DNA of 64,000 nucleotides from a virus: IMG/VR virus record IMGVR_UViG_3300020057_000027, positions 32,001 to 96,000 of that record; one strand, 5' to 3'. Shown piece by piece: positions 57,004 to 64,000 of this stretch (position 1 is its first letter; each line of letters starts with the position of its first letter). The notes under the pieces were generated by a model. It saw only the letters and a program-made list of their open reading frames with translations, ran no database searches and was not told where the DNA came from. The position numbers and the translations under genes were made by a program.

Positions 57004-58362
57004 ATGGGTGACGGAGAATTACGCCGTGAACATGATTTTATCCTCAACTACTTAAAAATAGTAGACTGGAAGGGTAATGAATATGATTTCACTGCACATT
57101 ACATTGAATTCACATACGAAGAAAGTATCTTTACTGTACCACACGGCACATTAGTTGCTATGGACGCAATAGATTATCCTACGCTATTGCCCATAATCGG
57201 CGAAGAAAGAATGAAAGCATCTTTCACACGTCCAGATGAAAAAAAGTTGGGCGATAATTTACCAGACCTAAAATTTGATTTGCATGTATATGCTCTAACT
57301 GGTAAACATCAAGATCAGGGGTCAAGAAAGCGTCAAGTATATAATCTAAAATATATTTCAGATGCGCCAATCAAGAGCGTAAACACTAGAGTATTCAAAG
57401 CATATAAAGGTAAACTATATTCTGATATGGTTCAAGAAATATATGATGAATTCATTACTGATGGTAAACCTTTAGAAATAGAAAAAACTCTGCACGAAAT
57501 GGATTACGTTGTTAATAATGAAAAACCATTCAACGCAATAAAGAAAATGTGCCAGCGTTCTATATCAGATGAGCAAAATGGTAGTATGTATACATTTTAT
57601 GAAGATAGAGATAAATTCTATTTCATGAGTCTTGGTAAAATGTTTGATAGACCAGTAACAACAACTATCAGCTATGAACCAAAAAACATCAATAAAGATA
57701 CGCCTGCATTAGAACATAAGACAAAAGATTTAGAGCGCGACATGTATAACGTATCACAAATGTCCAATGGTGATGGATTTGATATTTTACATTCCGCAAT
57801 GAGTGGCGAAGGCAGTTCTAATTTACTATCAATTAATCCAATAAGAAGAAAGTTTATAGAAAAAACTTTTGACTTAAGAGAAGAATACGATAGCTTCAAA
57901 CATATTGAAAAGAATAAGAAGTGGTCAGACAAAAATAAAATGTTTGGCGATAAAAAATCTAATCCGTTGATGATTGTTAGTAACATTGGTAATGATACAG
58001 CTCCATATATTTCAGATCACGAGCCCGGCATCAAACCATATTTCTTTGAAGAATATAAACTTCATAGACTATCTCAAAAAATGCAGATATCAAAACATAT
58101 TACTAAAGTTACTCTATCTGGTGATCCAAGAGTAAAAGCTGGTGATATGATAGAATTTCTATTACCTGAAGCATTAGGTAAAACTAATATTGATGAACCA
58201 GAAGAATTGGATAGATATCTTCAAGGTAAATATCTAGTAGCCGCAGTAGCACATATAATGAAACAAAATAGTTATACTATACATTTGGAACTATTGAAAG
58301 ATTCATACTTCAAAGAACTTCTTAATAGAGATCCAGTGGAAGAATATGAAGGTAAATTTTAA
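57004..58362 (+). CDS. Baseplate hub protein (gp27-like)
   Basis: YEESIF, LPIIGEE, FYED, GKYLVAAVAH; position after gp53. Confidence 0.65.
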   Translation: MGDGELRREHDFILNYLKIVDWKGNEYDFTAHYIEFTYEESIFTVPHGTLVAMDAIDYPTLLPIIGEERMKASFTRPDEKKLGDNLPDLKFDLHVYALTGKHQDQGSRKRQVYNLKYISDAPIKSVNTRVFKAYKGKLYSDMVQEIYDEFITDGKPLEIEKTLHEMDYVVNNEKPFNAIKKMCQRSISDEQNGSMYTFYEDRDKFYFMSLGKMFDRPVTTTISYEPKNINKDTPALEHKTKDLERDMYNVSQMSNGDGFDILHSAMSGEGSSNLLSINPIRRKFIEKTFDLREEYDSFKHIEKNKKWSDKNKMFGDKKSNPLMIVSNIGNDTAPYISDHEPGIKPYFFEEYKLHRLSQKMQISKHITKVTLSGDPRVKAGDMIEFLLPEALGKTNIDEPEELDRYLQGKYLVAAVAHIMKQNSYTIHLELLKDSYFKELLNRDPVEEYEGKF

Positions 58363-58403
58363 TAATACTTGCATTATATTGATTAGTTTAGTATATTAGT
58401 TAT

Positions 58404-58622
58404 ATGAAGATTTTCTTGTCAATTACTTTAGTTCTATGCGGTGTTGCAATTGGTCTTGCAATAGACCAAGCCAACAATCGTCGTTTAGTGACAAAAGCAG
58501 AAACAGCGTGTCATAATCGGTGCGACAAAAGCAATCCAGAAGAGATTGGCAACTTAATTTGTAAATCACAGTGTACCAGAATCATCGTTGACAGTCAATG
58601 CTTGAAATTTCCTAATCAATAA
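58404..58622 (+). CDS. Small secreted Cys-containing protein
   Basis: Signal peptide; leaderless start. Confidence 0.5.
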   Translation: MKIFLSITLVLCGVAIGLAIDQANNRRLVTKAETACHNRCDKSNPEEIGNLICKSQCTRIIVDSQCLKFPNQ

Positions 58623-58623
58623 T

Positions 58624-58842
58624 ATGCTTCCTACCACAGAACGCCGACTCCGCAAAAACTTTGCTAGTGCCGTAAACAATTTTGAATTAAAAATCAAATG
58701 GTTACAAGAGCAAGCTAATAACAAAGATATAAAGATTAAATCCCTCCACAAAGAAATTCTAATATTGAAAAACAAGAACAAACGTCTTGGAATAGCAATC
58801 GCTATTATAATATTAGGATTTTTGTTGTATTCACTAATATAA
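58624..58842 (+). CDS. Coiled-coil protein with C-terminal TM
   Basis: ORF composition. Confidence 0.5.
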   Translation: MLPTTERRLRKNFASAVNNFELKIKWLQEQANNKDIKIKSLHKEILILKNKNKRLGIAIAIIILGFLLYSLI

Positions 58843-58851
58843 TGTGTTAAG

Positions 58852-59028
58852 ATGACTGATAAGAAGAATGAATCAGACGAACCTGTTCCTGTAGAAGTAA
58901 AGGAATATGAACGTTTGAGAAAAAAACACAAGAGTCGTATGCGTAGAGAGCAAGAACAGAAAGAGCGTGAAGAACAGCTAGAAGATCTTGACGATGACAT
59001 GTATGCTATTATGAAAAAGATCAAGTGA
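58852..59028 (+). CDS. Small charged hypothetical protein (MTDKKNESDE...)
   Basis: Read manually. Confidence 0.5.
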   Translation: MTDKKNESDEPVPVEVKEYERLRKKHKSRMRREQEQKEREEQLEDLDDDMYAIMKKIK

Positions 59029-59043
59029 TCTTCGGAGTATATT

Positions 59044-59505
59044 ATGAATTACGCGCATCTATATTATCTTGCTAGTCCATATTCACACAAAGATCATGCC
59101 GTTATGTCTCAAAGGGCTGAGACAGTAACACGAGCCGCAGTCGATCTATTAAATCAAGGTATATTCGTATTTGCACCAATAGCATACAATGCACCTTGGG
59201 AGAAATACAATCTGCCAGGCGATTGGAACTTCTGGCAAGAGTTTGACAAAGCATTTGTATCACGTATGGATGCAGTGGTTGTTTTAACTATTGAAGGTTG
59301 GGATATTTCTACTGGTGTTACAGCCGAAATTGAGTTTGCTAAACAAAATCACATTCCAGTTTATTACTTATCATTAGAACAAATAGCATCAGGAGATTTG
59401 GGACATATTCATCCTAATATTGCAACACGAGATAAACTTGCATTATTGAATGAAGCTTGTTATAATAGTGTAAGAAAAGGTTTATTTGAAGGAACAAAAT
59501 TATGA
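59044..59505 (+). CDS. DUF1937 / nucleoside deoxyribosyltransferase-like protein
   Basis: YLASPYSH, GWDISTGVTAEIEFA. Confidence 0.75.
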   Translation: MNYAHLYYLASPYSHKDHAVMSQRAETVTRAAVDLLNQGIFVFAPIAYNAPWEKYNLPGDWNFWQEFDKAFVSRMDAVVVLTIEGWDISTGVTAEIEFAKQNHIPVYYLSLEQIASGDLGHIHPNIATRDKLALLNEACYNSVRKGLFEGTKL

Positions 59506-59789
59506 ATAATGTTGAGCCAGTTGGTGGATTATATGAAGTTGAAGTATTAGATACAAGCGTAACTGCTTCAGGTCTAGTATTAGCTAGAAGTGAAAATGAT
59601 CACTTGCTGGTTAGAATATTGAAGGCTCCAGTTCGCAAGCGACAAAATGCTAATGGTTTTTTTCAAGTTAATATTGCTGGTGCTGGTGATATTGTAATTA
59701 TACATAAAAACAATCTTGTTGAAATTAAAGTCGGCCTCGTTAATGTTAGATTGACAAGTGATGATGCTATTATAGGAATTGTGAGTTAA
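59502..59789 (+). CDS. GroES-like co-chaperonin
   Basis: VEPVG, TASGLVL, AGDIVI, DDAIIG. Confidence 0.6.
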   Translation: MNNVEPVGGLYEVEVLDTSVTASGLVLARSENDHLLVRILKAPVRKRQNANGFFQVNIAGAGDIVIIHKNNLVEIKVGLVNVRLTSDDAIIGIVS

Positions 59790-59791
59790 TT

Positions 59792-60073
59792 ATGCCATAT
59801 ATTAAAAGTGAAGAAAGAGTGCCATATAATGATTTGGTTGATAAACTATCTGAATTGGTGAAAGATTATGGTGAGCAGCACGCTGCCACATATGGTGGCC
59901 AGTTAAACTATATCATTACTACTCTATTACTTAAAACATACGCTGATACGTTACCCAATTACTCAGATTATAATGAAATCATTGGTGTTTTAGAGTGTGC
60001 GAAATTAGAAATGTATCGCAGACAAACAGCACCATATGAAGATGTGAAGATTGAGGAGAATGGTAATGTCTAA
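59792..60073 (+). CDS. Conserved phage hypothetical protein
   Basis: MPYIK, GQLNYIIT, GVLECAKLEMYRR..PYED.KI..NG. Confidence 0.7.
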   Translation: MPYIKSEERVPYNDLVDKLSELVKDYGEQHAATYGGQLNYIITTLLLKTYADTLPNYSDYNEIIGVLECAKLEMYRRQTAPYEDVKIEENGNV

Positions 60074-63000
60074 TAATTCTATTTTTTCAGGACTTAGTTT
60101 TGAATCTCTCGCTAATGTTAGTGCTAAAAAAATACAAGACTATATAAAAGAGTATAAAATAAAATATGCTAGAGTATCGCAAATTGATTCACTGTTAAAT
60201 ATATTGGCAGTTGATGCCGAGAAATTACAAAATCAATTAAGTCACCTATCAATGGAACGTCAAGAATTAGTTCCAGATATGCGTAAAGATATGAAAGTTT
60301 TATTTGGTATGATTGCTTCACACGTTGATATGCCAGTAGTTAAAGAAACCTTTTCTACCGACAATCAAAATTATAATAGTATAGATGTTGGCGGTATAGA
60401 AAGAATACTTAATGGAATAAGGAACTATAAGGCAGAATAGATATGACAATGAAACCAAAAGAAATACAAGAAGAATTAGTAAAAGTTGTTAATGAATGTT
60501 TGTGCCATCGTGAAGCACTGGCAGTATTGGAAAAGCGCCGCACGGATTTGATTAAGCTTGCTAGAGGATTTAGCTCTAGTGTTAAAAGCAGTGAAGCTGT
60601 TGGAGCTCCTGGAGTAATACAAGGGCCACCACCTGCTAAAAAGGAAGAATAATGACACAAAAAGTAGAAGAATTAGCAAAAGATATCGCAGAAAAACTTA
60701 TTAGTATTGAAGCTAAAGAAGTTGAAGTTGAGGAAATCAAAAAGAAAGTTTCATCATTAGACGATGAGATTAAAACATTACAAGAGTCCAAAAGAACATT
60801 AGAGCAATTGATTAGTTCAGAAAGATATGTGATTGCAGAGCGATTGGGTAAACCAAAGGCAGAGGTACTTGCTTTTAAGAGATGAAATATTTAATACTAG
60901 TAACATTACTATTGAATAGTTGTACGTTTAGACCTATTGAGCCACTTGGACATATAGTAGTTTATAGTATTGAATGTGATAGTGCTTTAAGTTGTAATTA
61001 TAAAGCATTGACTCAATGTCCATTAGGATTTGGAGTTGAGAGTTATGATAATAACATTATGTTTTTTTGGTGTAGTACATGGCAAGGGTTTCTAAAAGAA
61101 AATCAAAAACCTTAGAGTTTAAAAGTAAATCAGCTAAAGAGATGTTTGATTTAATCGAAGAAGTTAAGAAAGCTAATGATGCTGGCCTGTTGAATATTGT
61201 CCGAATATCGCCAGCGGATAATTATATTCAATTTCAATTAGGCACTAATGATAAAAAGAAAATTAAAAAAGTATGTGACTCATTATTACAGCGTTATACC
61301 TCATTACATTTTATGTGGAATAAAACACCAGAGGGTAGTGTAGCAGGCGTGGTATATTATTATGAAACATAGAAACTTTTATGTGAATGATAAATTACAA
61401 TTTTCATTTTTTCTTACTAATGAAGATAAAGAAACTGTATTGAAAAACTTCTTTGAAGGTCACGACTGGAAGTTTCAGGCTTGGTATTGTGGATGGATAG
61501 TTAAAGAAACAAAATGTAATAAAGACTTAACTGAAATACACATAACAGTTACTTTAGGTCAAGAGAAGAAATGAATAACTTAGCACAACTATTAGATGAA
61601 CTCGATGAGGCTAATAAAAACAGATTATTAGAATACGAAGTTTTGGTTAATGCTTCAGATAAACTGGGATTGGTAATCAGAACCGCAGGCACACAATCAG
61701 AAAAGTCTATTAATGTGCTAATACACAGAATAGAATCAGTTTATCCAGCAAAGGTAATAACAAGAGAGGATTATCAGCGAGTCGGCAGAAAGATTGCTAC
61801 CAAGTTGGAGATAGTTTATAATTTGGATTCCTATGAGCAAGAAAACTTCCTACAGATCTATGGAGGACGAATCATTAGAAGAGATCCTACATTTACTAGA
61901 GAAGTTACAACAAAATCAATCAATAAAAAACCTTGAAGTTGTAACCAAAGCACAGATAACTCCACAGGAAAAATTGGTGTGTACACTAACGTTTGAAGTA
62001 ACATCTGGATTAACTATTGATAAGTATCATAAAATAGCAAGTTTCTTCCAAGAGCATTTTCCTTATTTCTCAATAAAAAGAGTTTACCACAAGCATCAAA
62101 TTGTGCTATACTATTCATATGAAGATTAAAGATATCAGAAAACTTTTGGAAGGCTTAGATGGGCCATTGTTTAATGGTACGCCTAGAGATCCTAAACGTA
62201 TACCTGATATACTCAGACAACTAAAAGAAATATGGGAAAAGTATCCTGATTTGAGATTGTCTCAATTGATAGGTAATTTACAAACACGAGATGGTGATTT
62301 ATATAATGTGGAAGATCAACAATTAATAGACCGATTAAGGGATTTATATAATGACCGTAAAGCTTGATATATTTCACGAAAACGTATTAGGTAAAATACG
62401 AAAAGAGTTTGATGATGCTAAACATAAAGGATTAGTAATAATAGATTTTCGTCCTAATAATAATAGACTTGATATCGGATTTGCTGATTCAGTAGATCTG
62501 CAAATGATTGATAGAGTGTGTGAATATGTCAGAAAAAATTATGATAGAATTCAATATCAAGTTTTTAGAAGAATTCAATATCAAGTTTTTAGAGATGAAT
62601 GGAGTCAATGTAATGTTATGCGGATTATGAATATGAGAGCGGAATAGAAATTAGAAATTGAAAATAAAACATATACAATCGTGGGATTGGATGAATTATT
62701 AAAAGGAAGATAGTTATGTTGTTTAGTTCACTGCCTGTTACACACGATCCCGAGATTGTTTTATCGGGATATGCAATAATGGAACTTGAGACTGGTTCTT
62801 GGAAGGGAAAGACATATCACTTTGTTGGTAATGATGTCCGCAATGGCGGTGGCCGAACTAGCACACCTATTCAAGTATTTGATAAAGAACAAATGATAGG
62901 TATCACAGCCAGCGGCAGAACGTATAAGCTAGTAGAAAATAGAGTTGGGTTTTCTGATATGGGAGATTCCGCATATATTTTTAATATGTTCTTTCAAGCT

Positions 63001-63192
63001 AACCATGGCACATTTAAAAAAGATGTAACAGAACAATTTCTATCTGGCAATAAAAGAATTCTAAAAAATCTTATGGACGCTGAACAATCAGCCGAAACAG
63101 AACATTTGAAGAAAGCTAGAAAAGCTAGAAAAAAGAAACCAAGTAAGAAAGAAAAAGAGTTGCTTGATATACTAATGAAATCTATAATCTAA
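60066..63192 (+). other. Run of about 11 small hypothetical ORFs (accessory region)
   Basis: Tightly coupled + strand ORFs near 60066, 60443, 60652, 60882 (lipoprotein-like), 61079, 61362, 61571, 61860, 62119, 62351, 62716. Confidence 0.55.
62546..62593 (+). repeat. Perfect 24-nt tandem duplication (RIQYQVFR x2)
   Basis: agaattcaatatcaagtttttaga twice. Confidence 0.85.
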
Positions 63193-63601
63193 ATTCTTTT
63201 TTGTTTGCCTTGAAGAAAGCATAACCTGTTTCATTCCAAGGTTTAACTGAGAATCGTTTAGATTTACGTTTTGCTAGTTTGTACATTGTGCTACCATAGT
63301 CAGCACGTCTATGTGTGCCTCGGACATATACCCATATTTGACGTTTGCCGCTCCAACTTGGTTCAATAATAGCCGACCAAGCTATTAATTTGTTTCGTGT
63401 GTTGTATAACATAATCACGAAACCCATGTATATGTGAGGTTTAAGTTTTTGGTCTTTTAGAAAACCTTTCATACCTGCACCATTACCGAATTTGATTGAG
63501 ACACGAGCAAGATCTCCGCGTTCTTTTGGTGTTAATTCCCAGAAGTGCTTCTTGACTAATTTCATATTACCTTGGATTGTTGTAGATTGTGGGCGCATCA
63601 T
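63182..63601 (-). CDS. GNAT-like acetyltransferase
   Basis: VYVRGTHRRADYGS, GYAFF; CTAAATA promoter. Confidence 0.6.
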   Translation of the reverse strand: MMRPQSTTIQGNMKLVKKHFWELTPKERGDLARVSIKFGNGAGMKGFLKDQKLKPHIYMGFVIMLYNTRNKLIAWSAIIEPSWSGKRQIWVYVRGTHRRADYGSTMYKLAKRKSKRFSVKPWNETGYAFFKANKKEFRL

Positions 63602-63667
63602 ATTTAGGTTTATACTACATAGTTTATACTAAATGTATAGTTAAACTTTTACTAAACTATAAACAAT

Positions 63668-64000
63668 ATGAATATAAAAATATGTACAAAATGTGGAGAA
63701 TCCAAAGAAGAAAAAGATTTTTACTTTAGGTCTCCTAAGTCATTAAATGATAGACACTCACATTGTAAAAAATGTCATTGGTTGTATTATCAGAAAAAGC
63801 AAGATATGGAATACAGAGATAAGAAAAAACCATATATGAAAAACTATCAAAGAATTAGAAAGTTAGCTAATTATGGATTAACTCAGGATGCTTACAATCA
63901 GTTATTAATTGAGCAAGATAATAAATGTAAATTGTGCGGCAAGGTTGAAACAGTTGTTGGTAGAGATAACACATTAGATCCACTATCAATAGATCACTGC
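63668..64000 (+). CDS. EndoVII-family HNH endonuclease (partial, runs off the window)
   Basis: Read manually: KICTKCGESK...CKKC...YGLTQDAYNQLLIEQDNKCKLCG...LSIDHC. Confidence 0.8.
   Translation, partial: MNIKICTKCGESKEEKDFYFRSPKSLNDRHSHCKKCHWLYYQKKQDMEYRDKKKPYMKNYQRIRKLANYGLTQDAYNQLLIEQDNKCKLCGKVETVVGRDNTLDPLSIDHC

Noticed and set aside
63605-63665. Inverted repeats between the divergent GNAT and EndoVII-like genes
   Set aside because: Very AT-rich and short; cannot be told apart from promoter sequence or chance

Overview
AT-rich 64 kb segment of a large T4-like myophage genome. It carries: replication and recombination genes (C-terminal half of a split gp43 polymerase, uvsX, gp41, gp61, gp59, gp32, gp33, RNase H, ligase); nucleotide metabolism genes (thyX, class II nrdJ, phoH); three adenine MTases; a lysis block (SLT plus spanins); baseplate/tail genes; four inteins, two of them naturally split; a tmRNA; and 12 tRNAs. 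The main unexplained structure is in the tRNA island (about 41950-44060). The two multi-tRNA clusters each start with a short leaderless ORF enriched in exactly the amino acids of the tRNAs behind it: MIEIRSNLLPLPLLYPSRDYKTLLRPLDA before Pro/Tyr/Leu/Leu, and MIKFLSITSSSTCTSTGSTGCCL before Gly/Gly/Thr/Cys/Ser. Weaker Glu- and Asp-rich mini-ORFs precede tRNA-Glu and tRNA-Asp. This suggests a leader-peptide, attenuation-like sensor coupling phage tRNA expression to tRNA availability. The same island holds a type I hammerhead ribozyme and other structured RNAs. A probable -1 frameshift joins gp26 to a start-less gp51. All product calls come from motif recognition and synteny; no searches were run.
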